64,000 bases of DNA from Paragordius varius (GCA_964247055.1 OZ176057.1:2976001-3040000); one strand, 5' to 3'; numbered from the stretch's first letter, positions 12,401-27,835 are shown. Program-made: numbers and translations. Notes: generated by a model not told the origin, from the sequence alone.

Positions 12401-12909
12401 GTTTTTTCATCATTAAATAATTATTTGAGACTATTAGCACTTAATCTAAATTTGGGTAACTGATTACCTTAGGCCAGCTAAAAATTTATCTTTCGAAAGC
12501 AAAGAGGGAGTCCTTAAAATTTACCTAAATCTCAATAAACATATAATTGGGCTAAAATTTCAAACGAAAATCATGTTGTGTAAAAAAGTCCCAATATTTA
12601 ATCAATTCGTCTTTTCAGATTTAATTTAATAATATCGGGTTTAAGCTAAAATTTGAGTATTTTATAAATTTATTTAAAAACATAGTATAAGTACATTTTT
12701 TATAATCCCTTTACTATATTTTGCACAAATTTTTGTGTTAAATATTTAAAATAACTTCAATCTATTTGGTTGACTTTATACAGCCCGGGTGTCGTCAACT
12801 ACTTTAATATAAATTAAGACACATGTCCACATAATGCGTATTGAATTTTTAGAAAAATTTAATAAATTAAAAACTAAATCAATACTCTCGGCACCTTAAT
12901 AATATTACC

Positions 12910-15900
12910 TTAAGCCGAAGATTTGTAACTATTCTTGGAAAATCTGATTGTATTGTTATTGTAGTATTGATCCTCAAACTTTTTTTGGCAACTCTCTGGT
13001 TGACCGGATGATATACCCGATGAAAATATCCCATTACTATCAATTTTCAACGAGTCAAGCTTTTGTTGTGATTGTGCATTAAACTGTGTAACCAAATTAT
13101 ATGGATTGTTCCAGTCTGGTGGATTTAATGGCACATTCCCAGACGCCAACTGATGGTAAAATGAATCGGTTGTAGTCTTGACAAACATATGATTTCTGGG
13201 TTTTTCACTTTCTTTGCTGCTGTCTTGACGATTAGTGTTACTATTTTCCGGCATTTCATAATTTCCTTGATTACTTTTACATTCTTCGGAAGAGAGCGCC
13301 GAGGGCGGCGATGGCGTAGAAGTCGGAACTTCCGGTATAATTCCATGTAATTTTTGAAACAATTTTAGTTGAGCCATTTGATAACTCAAGGTTGATTCAT
13401 CATTAGCCATATTTACATTATTGCCGGTAGCAGCATTATCATTGTGATTGTTAGCATGATGGTCAGACGACAAGAAGGCAGATCTGACTATACTATCACT
13501 ATTGTAACGTTTATCACGTCCTGCAACATTCTCATTCTTATTCGGACGAGAGGGCGAATTGGACCAAAACCCTTGAGAAGCCAATGATGTGTTTTCATTC
13601 AAATGATTATTTACCATATATTGGTAAATATTATTATTTCCGTTATAATTGAAGTATTCATGATAAAAGGCCTGATGACCCACGCTTTCTCCCGAAACCG
13701 TTTGATTGTCCGACTTATAATTCATAATGTTATTTCCCTCTGATTCGTCTTCCAAGAATTTTAAGACATCGTTTGGTGGTTGTGATTCCAAAATAGATGA
13801 TTCGGTACCAAAACTACTACTTTTCCCATGTTGATCACCCTTATTAATATTATGGGCAATGGTAACATTTAAAGTTTCATTTGGTTGATTAACAGCAATG
13901 TCCGAAAGTGGGGAGTTTGAAGAAACAGCTGAATTTAAATGAACATTGGGTTTTTCTTCCATACTAATTGTAGAGTTTGTAACTGTGGATGATCGAGCCG
14001 CCAAAAACTGATTGAGTTTTGCGATTAAAAGATCTTGATAATGTTTTTCATCATGGCTTTTTTCACAATATTCGTTAGAATTATTATTCATACCATTTAA
14101 TAATGTCTCAATGTCGGTGGTAACACCGAAATGACTAGATATAGAGCCATTATTGTTTGCAGACAGAACCGCAGAATTTTCATTTAAAGTTAGTGAATTT
14201 AATTTTTCTGCGTCATTTGCGCAACTAGAAGTACCGTTTATATTAGACATCAATGAGAATCGACGAGCTAAAAGCTCCTTGAGCCTTTGTTGAATTTGAT
14301 TGGAGGCTTGACAGTCGGCGTTCATTTGATTGTAGTTTCCGCTGGCAGTTAGAGAAAGAGAACGCATTTGTTTCATATTATTTATTGACGCCCCGTATCC
14401 GTCTTGCAAAGATGTTTGCTGATGCAATGGGTAATTGCTTCCGTACGTATTGTTAGTATTGAAATGATTACCGGCATTTAATGATTGACGCAAATATTCC
14501 TGTCCAACACTACTTCCATTGGTCCCATAATTGAGTTTTGTTAACAAACCCATAAGAGCATGTAGAGTTTCTCCAGTAGGCTTATGGTTTGGGGTTTGTT
14601 TATTGCCTAAGCAGCCAACTAAAAGTGATAAAAGTGATGAAATTTGCTGATTGGGATTATTGGTTTGCCCACAATATTGTTGAATCATGTCAAGCAAATT
14701 TTGATACGAAATCCCTCTAGGACCTGAGAGATATATGTAAAAAACGGTTATTACCATACAATAAAATTTTAGTCGCATAAAAATAAAGGAATTATGGTTA
14801 TATTGAAAAAAAATTCGATAATATTTAAAATATTAAAATAATCAAACCTCCTTGATTAAAGCCATTTGGATGTAGATTAATGCTTCCAGCGCCAACCATG
14901 CCACCATTTAGATTGGCCGGGGCCGGTATATGTATCACGCCCTGACTCGCCGTAGTACTGGCCAAAATTCCACCCGACATACTCGTCCGCACAGCAATAT
15001 GATTTTCAATTTGAATTCTTGCACTGTGCACATTAGCCGGGTTTCCTGTAATCTCAAACACTGGCTCCCTATCCCGACTTGGGGTTACTATGTAAGTGTG
15101 TGTATTCTGTTGAATGCGTTTTATGGTTGCGCCTTTGGGGCCTACAACTAAGCCAACCACTTTATACGGTACCCTAACACGTATAGTTATTTGCGTATTA
15201 AAATCGTTATTATTACCATTACAGTTATTAATTCCGTTTCCATTTGGAGCCATTAATGAACACGCTTGATCACCTAGTAGAGCACCGTTGGAAACTACTC
15301 CATTGCTATTAGCTGTTGATGCAAAATTGACATCAACGGGAAAACCATTACCAATAACTTGAGAATTTGGTAAAAGGTTATTACTTGTAGTACTTGTATG
15401 ACCGGCGTTACTCGTTTCCATAACGGCAGAATCACTTAATTCAGTGGCACTATTATGCACCAAGAGATGACTAGATAGTGTTTGGGAAACTGAGCCCTGT
15501 GGTTGGACTTGCTGTAAACAGAGCATGGAGGAATTTGGATTATGCGTATTTATGCTAGCATTATTATTATTTTTATTATTCAACATAAATAAATTGTTGG
15601 TTGTACGGTCAATTTCGTCAGGAACGCCCAGAATACTACCATCATTGTTAGCATTAGGGTTTGGGGTAAAAAAAGTGCCCGCAGAAACCGAATCAAGTAA
15701 AAATGGCGGTGCTGAATTTTTACGGCTCGCGCGTATAGCACTAAAATGTTCAGCTGCCAATATGATTTCACGTTTAGCTATAGTGACATCTTCTTTCCGA
15801 CCAGTAACGACAAAGACCGGCTCCTCGCCTCGAACCGGCGTTTTGATGTACGTATTAGTTTTTGCCCTTAAAGCCTTAATTTTGCAACCTAGAAATGTAG

Positions 15901-18900
15901 AAAATATATTATTTTAAATCAAATAGTTTGTGCTAAAAAAATAGTTATTGGTATTTGAAGTCTAATGGGTTAGGTCAAATATTTGCCATAAAATTTAAAA
16001 ATTTAATTTTCGGATGATTTGAATGTTTTTGCATATATATAATAATTTAAAAAAATTGCATACCTTATTGTAATACGACTAAATTTGAATGTCCCACAGT
16101 TTACAAGAAAAATCTTTTAAAATAACATATAATTGGATTATTTTAAGAAATATTTGAATGTAAAAAAATAAATTCATAATTTCATATTGTGTAGCCAAGT
16201 TAAAAATAATTTGGATACCACTTGTTTTATACATGACTCACGAAACAAAAACACAGAGCTAAAATGACCTTTAACCGAAAACTTTAAATTATATAATAAT
16301 ATTTTGAATATGAAATTATAGGATGTTTCTTATTTTGTAATCATTTTTTGATTAATTTTAGTATAACCAAAAGTTCAAAATGTTTAACAAAATAGGAGTA
16401 TCAGAACCATAAATGCAGACAAAAATTGTAGAAAATTATCTTCATGGGTTCAAAGAGAAAAAAAGTACAAAGGATATATAGGTATGTATAAACTAAATAA
16501 AAAGTTTATATTTTACAGGATAATATTTTTTTAGCTAATAAAAATATTATTGGTTAATGGCATGTATATCGGTGAATAACAAAAATACGTACAAAACAAT
16601 CACAGTACTAATGCATTAATGTTAAAACCATTTAACCAATATTATGGTTATCCTTAAAATTGTTTTCCACAATACGAAACATCTTTTCGTAACCACGAAA
16701 CCTGATAGCTTTGATCTTTTTTGGTTTTTGTTATTTGCTGTAGGGAGAGCATAAATAGCAAATCAAACATTTTATAAATGCCTGGAGTGTGAACTCATGT
16801 TCTTACAATGTTTCGTTCTAATATATACTTATCCAATACAATTATTAAGAAATAAATTAACATATTTACATAATTACTTTTGTATAGTAATATAAAATTT
16901 GTTTACAAACTAACATTTAAATTTTATTTATGGTTCGGATACGAGTGAAAACAAAATGAGTTCAAATGTCACTGTACTTTTTTTTACCCAAAAGAATGTT
17001 GTTATTTTTAGCATGTCCTTATCAACTTGGAACTTTATTGATTACAGTATGCGCATTTAAATTAGCCAATAGGAAACACAGTAGTATATGGGTAAAAACA
17101 AGATAATTTTATAATTAAACAATTTTTTATTTTCTTACAACATTAATTTGTTAATTTTATGGACAAAATTCGTTTTATAACACACGCTGACTAGGATAAA
17201 TGTGCATAGTTTGAATGGCATATTTAATTTATAACTTTTACAAAAGCTTTAAAACCAGGCCAGCAATCTAAAAATGTTCAAGTTTAATGAACTCACAATA
17301 TGGTTGTTTTTAAACCTTTTTTGTTAACATTATTTTTGGACTGAAAAAAACAACCAATAACAAAATATACATGGATTCTATGGATATTTACTAAATAAAT
17401 TAAAACAAATAAAAAATCAATAATATTTTTTTGGATACTTTACTTTTTTAGCATTTCCTAAATATCATGTATAAAAAATATTAATTTATATGTAGACTTA
17501 GATGATTGTAAATTTTTTATACAATCTTGAAAAATCGAATCAAATTACAATTAAAGCTTTTAATTATTCACAGTAGAGTATAATTAAATAAAAATTTTTC
17601 CTATGTTTTAATGCCATATTGTACTGTATAAAGATTAAAATTATAAATTTATTTAAGGTGATAAAAAATATTTTGCTATAGTCATTCATCTTTGATTTGT
17701 AAAAAAATTATTGCCTTATATTATTACAACGTCATTTTCAAAATTCTGCGGGGCTTTTAGGATGTATCCATTTTCTTTTAATAAATGTGTCGTTTTGGGT
17801 AGATGGAGATAATATCTAAAATATGAACATCTGTCGAGACTGTTTTATAAAACACTGTAAGCTTACATAGTAACGTACAATAAATGGAGTGTAATCGAAA
17901 TTTAAGTTGGGAGGTCACAAATGTATCATAACAAAATGACACCAATAAACACATAAAAAACGAAAAGGACATTCCCCGTTTTGTTTTAGTCAGAGATGTG
18001 TGCTTATGCCAAATATTTCGTAGCTTCGTAAAGTTTAGTAACCCTAAAATCGCCACGCACTAAATATCGATTTACAAGCGTTGGTTATACACCATATACA
18101 TTATAGTAAAACTGTCCCAAATTTTATGACACGACCAATGAATAGCACGTTTAGAAATCTGTTCCTTTTGTACATATGATTGTCTGCCAATAATTACATA
18201 AAAAATTTAGATTACACAAAAAGAAAGATGTTTATAAATGTACATCATAATGTTAGCCTATACGAGCTTGGGGTAAACGTACTTGCATTTCTCCATTTAT
18301 TAAACATCGGAAATGAGAGAAAACAATGTAACTTACCGTACATATGGATAGGGGCATTATGCATTGTAAAATATGAGTAATAACAAGGAAATTCTAAAAA
18401 TAACTTTTAACAATGAACAGTAATGAGCAAATGCTATCCAGAGTAGCAAATAAAATTTACTTTTGATGTGTTGGGTACGGAAGGGTAAAAATATTTATTA
18501 AAATAATAAATTGATTAATAAAATCTTAACCGTATTGTTTGTAAAAAAATTTACAAAATATAAGCATGTATATAATGGATATTTAAAAAAACTGATTATT
18601 TTCTGCAAAAACATTTTAATTCAAACAGGATGTTGTTATCAAATTTATTACAAAGCAGTTTATCAAAACGAATGATCATAAATAAAATTAATTATTCATT
18701 ATTTATCCAATATTTATTTGAATAAATTATAAAATAATTAAATAATTCATAAAGTTAAACAAGAAACTGACACATTTAAGTTATTCTTAGAATTTAACAC
18801 ACCTCTTTAAATTTATAGTTTTATTTGTGTCTATGCGTAAATAATGACCTAATGAAATAAAAATGTCACCTGAATAGATTAAAGACTCTAAAACTAAATT

Positions 18901-19970
18901 GTAATTTTTGATAATTTACAGTTAATATTAAATTTAGCTTAAAATTGATTTTTCCCATATCCTGGGCTTGCAACAATGTATTTTAAAAAACTAAAAAACG
19001 ACAAACCTTGCCGACCAACAATTTCAGCCACATGTTCTGAGCTTGGAACTGGGACACATTCCGTCATATTGGTTCCACCTTTCTTTTTAGCAAAACATGA
19101 AAGATTATTGTTTGTACCACCGACGCTATTTAAATCAGGGTGTTGTAAATCGTCTGCCATACCGTCGTTCGCAATCATCCCTATCGTCTGCTCATCCAAA
19201 CCGTTAGCTATCAATAAATCTTGGGACAAGTAAAAGTTATTGTTATTAGCATATTCATTAAGCGCGAATCTAAGATCCGAAGATAAATTAGTATTGTTTA
19301 TATCTTCAACACCATTCATATTACTATTAGCATCGTTATTAGCAGAGGTTAACAATCCAACACTACTTAGGAGTGTGGCGTATAATTCTTGGTTTGTCAT
19401 ATTTGAAGTAATATTATGATTATTTGTCAGTTGGGATTGACAATGATTATTGTTAAAGGAGGCATTCCTTGCAACATTTAAGCTATCCAAGTAATAATTT
19501 TTTAATAAGGTGTCACTTGTTGAATTCACCCCATTATGAAAACCAATGACATTATTGGTAACATAATCATTGTTATTATTAGCATCGGTATTTATATCAT
19601 CATTACTATTTCGTTTATCACAATTTTTACAATTATCATGCGTTACTTTTATTTCTTGATTACTATTACAATGGGATGAGCTCGAAATGGATTGAAATAA
19701 TTGCGTTAACATTGAAGATAAAGCTTCGTTTTTACTTTGAAGTTCAGTGGCATTCTTTTCAGCATCTCTTTTTAAATTATTTGTACTGATGTGATCCAAT
19801 TTCCCATTTGTAAGATAATCCGAAGTTAATGAAACTTTTAGCGAAATTTTAGGAAAACAATTTCCATTTTTATTAATAGTTGAGTCACCATTACTAGATA
19901 ATTTAGCGTTATAATTGCTATTATTCGTATTGTTGTCAGTTATATTAGATAAAGAAAAATTTTCAACCAT
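12910..19970 (-). CDS. MEX3: MEX3-family RNA-binding protein with two KH domains and long Asn/Ser-rich regions, about 1272 aa
   Basis: Exons 19970-19007, 15888-14848 and 14723-12910, both introns GT-AG phase 1, total 3819 nt. Signature sequences: [55 protein letters not shown]...[12 protein letters not shown] and [48 protein letters not shown]. An in-frame TAA just upstream of ATG 19970 supports the start. Confidence 0.93.
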
Positions 19971-22900
19971 TTTGGATTATAAATTTGGTTTTCAAATGCA
20001 GGAAAAAAGATTTATTGATATGCAAATTTAGACATATTGTTATATCATTTATTAATGTGATTATTCAAATTAATAACAACCAGCCCTGTAAGCTGGTAGG
20101 GCCTCTCATCCAATCAATTATTATGCAAATCGAAAAGATAAAATTAACAAACAACAGTCTATATGGTATATCTGTCCGAAATCCCAACATATGAGATGAG
20201 GATAAAATAAAATATAAAAATTAGTTAAAATATATAAATTTTTATAATTAACGTAATTTATACATGTAGCTTTTGACCGGAAATGGGATGTATGTAGACG
20301 TTTTTGTTGTTAGTAAAAAATATAATTCGTTTTTTTTTTGTTATTAAAAAGGGTAAGGCCCCTTATAGAAAAAATAAAAAAAACGCCAAATATCAATAAA
20401 AACTATAATCAATTGTTTTTAATATTAGTTTCTAAATGCAATATATTGAGCAATCATACAAAATATTTTTAAAATGTAATATAAAAAATAAGACCGGAGG
20501 TACATTTTACAAGATAAAAATAAAATAATTTTAAGAATGAAGATGTACATGCATTCCGAAAATTTTTCTATTTTTACAATTATAGTGTAGGTGTATTCAT
20601 ACTACACTTTGTTATTGTTGTTAACAAATGTTAATAAAAAAACATCATTGTTTTTAACTTAAAATGTGCTAATATTGTGTGATATGAGTTTCAACGTTCA
20701 AACGAATTACTTATTTAGATTATGTTAGAGATGGGTTAAACAAATTTTTTTATTAAAATAATATAAATATCCATACATAAATTTTTAGCACCAGTTAAGT
20801 TAATAAATGTTATTTTTTAAAAAAAACTACTCGAGGAAAAAAAAATAAAATGTCACCACTGTATAAAAAATTATACAATAATTTTAAAAAAATCCTTAAA
20901 ACAAATATTCTTTGTTTTTTATGTAGTAATTTAAATAGTAATTTGTAAGTAAGTCTTGAAAATGGTTTTTATACAAATTTAAGGGTCGATTCCCTAAGTT
21001 TATTTACCTCATAGGTGTATTAACAATATATAATGTATGATATTTCTTAAAAATTGATAAACTTAGAAACGGGAAAATCTTGATAAAAATAACATATATA
21101 ATTTAAAAACAGTATATAGAGGATCGTCTCTTAATTACCTCGTTTTCGGATTACATAGAACAATATACTATTCTTTTTTAATTATTAATAATAATCAATT
21201 TTTTAACATCTTATATTGTAAAAAGTTTAGAAAAAATAATTTTTCATGTTTTAGATCAGTGACACTCAAACTGCGGCCCTAAAAGAGTTTTTTATGACCC
21301 ACGATTTTAAAATTTTTGATATACTATATGGAGCGACAGACAGCATCGAAAATTTTATTAGCATCGTAACTCTTAAACTAAGAAAATTATCTTTTTAGGC
21401 CTTATAATTTTTGGTGGTACAATTGGTTTAGATTGTTGATACATTATAAAGGTTGTTTAGTGTACATTCAAGTTTAACCATTCATGACCTTTTGGGGTAG
21501 TTTTTACCCCAGGGCCAAATTTAAAATATTAGCTCTTTATGATACTCAAAAATAAATTGTTAAAAAATGTAAAATTGTAAAAATCTCAAACTTTTTCGCT
21601 TTTTTAATCATAAATAAAACATGCAAATAAGTTTTAAAAGATTTGTAAAGCTTTCAAATTGTATACTATTTTTGATATTTATTGACTTTTATAACAGATG
21701 TTCGTTTCAATCGTGTTTATGAACTGAACTTGGGACTCTAGAATTTAAAATTCTGTAAAAATGCTATTTTTTATTCAATACAGAAATGGAGGATTTAATT
21801 ACATTGTAACCAAAGCGATTTTCAAAAGAGTATTTTACTTACTATTTAAGATATAGGTTTGAAAATTACCAAGAAATCGCGTACAAAAAAATTAAGCATG
21901 AAGTGTTAATATTTAAAATTTGGAACTTTTTTAACGGAAAAGTGCATGGTTCTTTGCATGAGCTAATTAATGTTAATTGATGTGGTTTTTATTTAAAAGA
22001 CAGTCTTTAACACTATTATCACGGTTAAAAAACTTTGATACAATAAACTAATATTTTCAATTAAAATTCTTTTTGATATCCATACAGAATTATATAATTT
22101 TTCATATCAAAACAGTTTCCTTAGAGTGTTTTTATTTAAAAATAATCAGTATGTATTATGTAGAGATGTATATGTGGAAAAAAACACACTTGTACATTGT
22201 TATACTTTTTTGCATGTTTTATAAAATAAATATTTTCGTTTGTCTAGACAGATCTTTAATCATATTATTGTAAAATATATTCAATCGAAATCATCTTTAT
22301 CTGGGAGTTATTTTTAAATAAAAAATATACAATGGTAAAACGTATAAATGAAAGCAGTCAGAAACACGTGTTACATATCTCTGATAATGTAACATAAATA
22401 GAAATAAAATTATTGATTATATATTGGGTAATACCAATCATAGAAAAAATATTTGGCTCATTTTATCCGCATAAGACTCATTTTTATGATAAACTAAAGC
22501 TTTTAAATTTTAATTCAATTATATTAAGATACATTTATATAATTACTATACTTTTTTAGTTAATTCAGGACTAATAAATATGCATTTTGAAAAGGTTTAA
22601 TCAGAATTAAGTTATCTTTAAAAATGAAAATATGCATGATAGCACTTTCATGTTAATTAATACCTACAAAATTAGTTTACGCTTATTAAAACTTAAAAAA
22701 TATGTTTACCGTCTTAACATGAATACATGAATAATCTTAATTTGTTAGAATTCCGAATATTTGTATGATGTGAATTAAATTATTCAATTCTTGGAATTTT
22801 ATTACACGTATTACATTTTCAGGTATTTTCTCCATTTAATAATAGCTTGTCTGCATACATAGTAGCGATATAATATTACCTGTTACAAGGATCATTATTT

Positions 22901-25900
22901 ATGATAAAACAAATAATGTTTTAAAAAACGCATAATTTTAATGAATTTTAATTTTATTCCATATATTCACACTTAATAAATATAAATAACCAATAATATC
23001 GCTATTATATACATATGTAATCATTAATTTTTATACAAAAAATTCCCTTTCATCTATCCATATTTATTTTATTGTGGTCAATGTTTATTTAGTGTTGTTT
23101 AAGATTAATTCACAAAATTTTATACATAAAAATTATTTATAAAATTAGGGGGAACACTTTGTTACATAAATATACTCTAAGTTGCTTTTTATTTTTTCGA
23201 TAACGTAAAAATAGTAAAAAGTACATTGTACCTTATTTATTTTTATATATATATACATGAGCGCATCATAATAAACAACGAATATAATTGAATAAACATT
23301 TTTTCTAAGTTTTAACATTATTATTATGTATATAATTATGGACAAACTATTTTTTATACCATACACCATTGTATTTGTTTGATAAAACAACAAAAATGGT
23401 TTTTTATACGTATTTTTTTTCTTTGATTAGTATGTTTAAAGATATATGTTTACACATATAATAATATTTACAGTAGCATATGGCATAAAACTATATTAGT
23501 TCATAATAGAAAAAAAATGTTTTTTTTTAAAAAAAGCAAGGGGATATTATGATATGTATATATGCAACTAGGCTTGTTTTATTAAAAACCATTTTTTTAT
23601 TCTTTTATGGACTAATATTGTTTTATACCATACGCTACTGTATTTTATCATTCATAACAATGATCGGAATCGATTTGTCAACTACATTATAAAATTTTTG
23701 GATAAGATTATATATACAGTCATTATGTTGGCCAATTCAAATTATTTTTGATCGATTGGAAAAACAGTACCGTATGGTATGGGTAAAAATGCAAGAATAG
23801 ATTTTATTTAATTATGGGCTTTGTTTTTCAGTATGAGTAACTATATATTGCTAGAAAATTATTACTTATTGGGATTGCATATATTATAAAAAACAGTCGA
23901 TTACAAAAAATAAGAAAAATAAAACATTTGAATGAACGTTAAATCGAAATTCGCAGACTTGCATGCATTAACGTCACGAAAGGAAATTATTTTTCCATCG
24001 AATTGGGACGGGTAATTGATTTGTTAAATTCAAAGCGGAAAAATCGTGTTTTTCACCTTGTCACGTTGCTTCATCTAATAAAGCTAAATCGCTTCGGCAA
24101 GAAAATTGTGCTCTGTGTCTGGTGGGAGGGTTTATTTATAAGGCCCCGTGAAAATGCTAAAAGGCTTTTAACAAATACTGAATTAAAACGATGCATTAAT
24201 CGGAAAACAACCGAGCCAGAAAACATGGCATATGATTTGTTAAATGACGATGCGTTTTCTCACACAAAAAAGCAGTGAAAACCTTAAAATCGCTTAGAGA
24301 GGAAATGATTTCCGCGTGCTAGTTGACTAATACAACTTCATCAATTCTGCCAAAAGTGATTTAAATTATTTTTTTAAATATATGAGTGTAGGGTATCCGT
24401 ATGCGTGTTAGAAGCTAGTCGAATAGCGACTCTTATCTCATAAATAAGCGCTCTCCATTCCAGACGATCTTGATACTTTCTGATTATTTGGGAAAGGGTA
24501 AGGTTTGTAACTGATTAAAGGATATTTAGCCACCGCTTTATGTGGGGGCCTTTTTGCGCCTATCATCCGTATAGGCCCATTATATAAAAAATATTTTTAT
24601 TATCATATTCTTAAAACACCCTCAACATAAATTAACCGATATACCGTTGGCTGAAAAACTTGTAATAAAATCAGTAAAGGCTTAAAATTATGAGCAAATT
24701 AAAAATATTAGTATATTTTTTTCATATGTAGGTGCATTTGGCCTTAGAGCGTGGTTGGGCCGTTAAATAACTAGAAATTATTGATATAATAAACATTTGG
24801 TTTCGATTTTCTATTGCTAAAAGATGTTGGCAGTCGAAAAAGGAAACCAGCTCTAAACTATAACTTAAGCCATATCTAAAAATCCATAGAAAGAGTACAC
24901 TAAAAATTTACACACCTACTTTCCTTAATTTAACTTTGGTTTAATACATGTTTTACCCATTTTTGTTTTTGAATAAGTTTTTTAAACCTCAGACTTTTGC
25001 TAAAGGCCCGAATAACTTATCATTATTTTGAGACTATTTTTAACTTAAAAAATCCGAATTAAAATATATGGAAATTAATAAATATTTTATTACAAAAAAC
25101 ATGATTGTAAAAAGAATATAACAAGGTAATATAACTGCTATTTTCAGTCATTTTCGACAGTTGACAGCCAAAAGACGTATTTAAAATTAAAATTTTATGA
25201 AATATCAAATTAAGATTTTGTAAATAGCATATTTAGGCAAATAATGTTTCCTATTTATTTAGTTAAATTTTTTGTGGTCACATGCGAACCACTAGGTGCT
25301 TGTTGGACACGGCTGATCTGTTATATATTTACATTTCAAGTAATCTATGAAGCTCATTATAAACTGGTCCCAAAATTTGTATTCAAACAATATAAAATTT
25401 TTTGCTTTTTGGATATATTTAGTGTATGATATGTTTTGTTAATATTTTTTAAATGAAGCATTTAGGTTTGCGAAAAAAATTTATTAAATAGAGGTAATAA
25501 CTCGTATTTCACTCTCATAAAGTAATGTTTTTATAATATTTAAGAGTTTTTATACAGTTTCCAGTATGCTTCAATATGTTAACACCCGCTTAACCAAAAT
25601 TTGCTATGGATTAAATTGTAAGCAAAATAACTAATTCAAAAATTATGTAAAAATTTAGTGTATATTTAAAATTTATTTATCTCGCAATATCGGCATTTTT
25701 GCTTTTAGTTTTAAACCTGCCTATTCAAGAGGGGTCCAAAAGTTTAAGACTTCCGGACACATCTAACATACAAAGTTAAGTTTCATAGAAATATTGTTTT
25801 GCTTACATATAGTTTATGATATTTTTTAGAATTAAGCATTATGTTTCATCAAAAAAAATTGTTTACCAAAATGTGCGTGAGTTTTGCCATTTTTTGATTA

Positions 25901-27835
25901 GGAGCAATTACCACAATAATAATAACTTTACAGTAAAGCCAAAATCTAAAAGCACATGAGAATACTGATATATTTATCTATTAAAATATATATACAGCGG
26001 GATATACCCCAAATTTCGGATGTAGTGTATATATTTCATTCGGATATTTTTGGTGTGGGAATGTATATTTATATATATTTTATTAAGATAAAATATATTA
26101 TGTAATAATAGAACACATAACGTCGTTATTTTATATTGAAACTTTTGATATAAAGCAAAATGCCTGATATACATATTTTCAGAATAAACCAATTTCAATT
26201 ATTGTACGAGTAAGTATACATTGCTAGATTTTCATATTATTGTCAGATTGCCCATTCAGCAAAGGGCAATATTTTATTTTCTTAAATTTTATTTTATTAG
26301 TCAACAAAAATGCTCTCCACTGTATATGCTATCAGGCAATAATTATTAAAAAACTAGCATATAGTAACACATCCTGTAATTAGATTTGGGATTTAAAAAA
26401 AGGAAAATTTATTAAAAACACTAAGTTTAACACTTCTGCTCTTTTAAAAACTAATTAAAATATTTATTAAATGTAAAAATAGATTTTATACTGAATTTTA
26501 GAATATTAATATTTCTGCTGTCGTGACCTGGACGAGTAAAATGTTTTAAATATCGAAAGTTAAGTAGTGTGCAAAATTGCGTTTTGTGACTGATGTCTAT
26601 TAAAATTTCAAATTTTCATTTGATAGATGAAATACTTTTCATATTATTGTAATAATAATTTTAGAATTTTAAACGCTTAACTTGAAAAAACTTAAACAAT
26701 AACACATTATAGTTTTTTTTATTGTCTTTTACCATTTGATATATAATTTGGCCCATTGGCATAAAATGTTTACATTATCATTTTCAGTATTTTGGTTATG
26801 TATTATGCTGGCTTCTAAATATCTGATCATTTTACTATAAAATGTAAAAGTTTTAATTTGACCCTATCAAATAATTACTTTTTAGGGAATTTACATTTAA
26901 ATCCTGGACTACAAAACTTGTTGAAAAGCGAGTGTTAACACAAAAATATTTTTAAATTAAAATTTTCTATATCTTCACAATTTTTGACTCTGTCATGGAG
27001 TTAATCATTTAATAAATTGCCGATGAGTGTGGAAAAATTAAATCTAAGAAAACTTCATTATATCATCATAATTATCTTTTTTGTCGCAAAAAATTTGTGA
27101 AACATATATAAATCTTAATTTTAAATTAATTTTTTATGAAAAGATGGTGCTAAAAAAAGTTATCCATTCAAAACCATGAAGTAATTTGTTAACCATCGAA
27201 TTTTGGTATATTTGGTCTTAGATTAATACAAATTAGTTCTTTGGAATTCTGATTATTGGATGAATTAATTTTTTACATTGGTTTATTTAAAACGTTTAAA
27301 GGTCACACTCAGGTCGATCTAAATATTATAAACATGGTTAAATTCAAATAAAATCTTATTTCGATGCAAAACTAAAGCCAACAAATATTGGTGGTTGTTT
27401 ATAATGGATAAATTTCATATTGATAAAATTAACAAAAAAGTTGTGAAATAATTAAATTGGCAAATTTATATGGTTTAATAAACTTAAAAATAAAAGATAT
27501 TGATAATTTCCATCAGGGCTCGTAATAACAGGTTTGTTTTTTGTAACAACTTAATTTTTAATTTCGTAAAAAAACCAGAGTTGACATCTAAACACAAAAT
27601 CCATGAGGTTTCAATTAAACCTTAAGTTATTTATGCATATATATTTTAATTTTAAATGCCATTAGCACTTCGGGGCCCGGTATTTGTAGGAATCATTTAA
27701 AATGTAAGGAATTTAGTATAATTTTTGAAATATGAAAAGCATAAATTTAATCCCGTTCTCTTTACTATTTTTGTAAATAAAGGTGAAATAGTAAAATAAT
27801 CAATGTGCCATTTTTTAAATTTTGCAAAAAAATTT

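Noticed and set aside
12805-12845. ALCGHV resembling the RING PCGH motif downstream of MEX3
   Set aside because: A stop follows two codons later, there are no other Cys pairs, and no compatible splice sites.
15525-15917. 130-aa plus-strand ORF and other ORFs opposite MEX3, the hAT transposase and Gypsy pol
   Set aside because: They are antisense to well-supported coding sequence and show no recognisable motifs.
20065-20190. 41-codon upstream ORF before MEX3
   Set aside because: The transcript 5' end is unknown, and short ORFs of this size are expected by chance.
24003-24278. 91-aa ORF with TTG start
   Set aside because: It has a non-ATG start, no homology and no splice partners; it is better explained as non-coding GC-elevated sequence.
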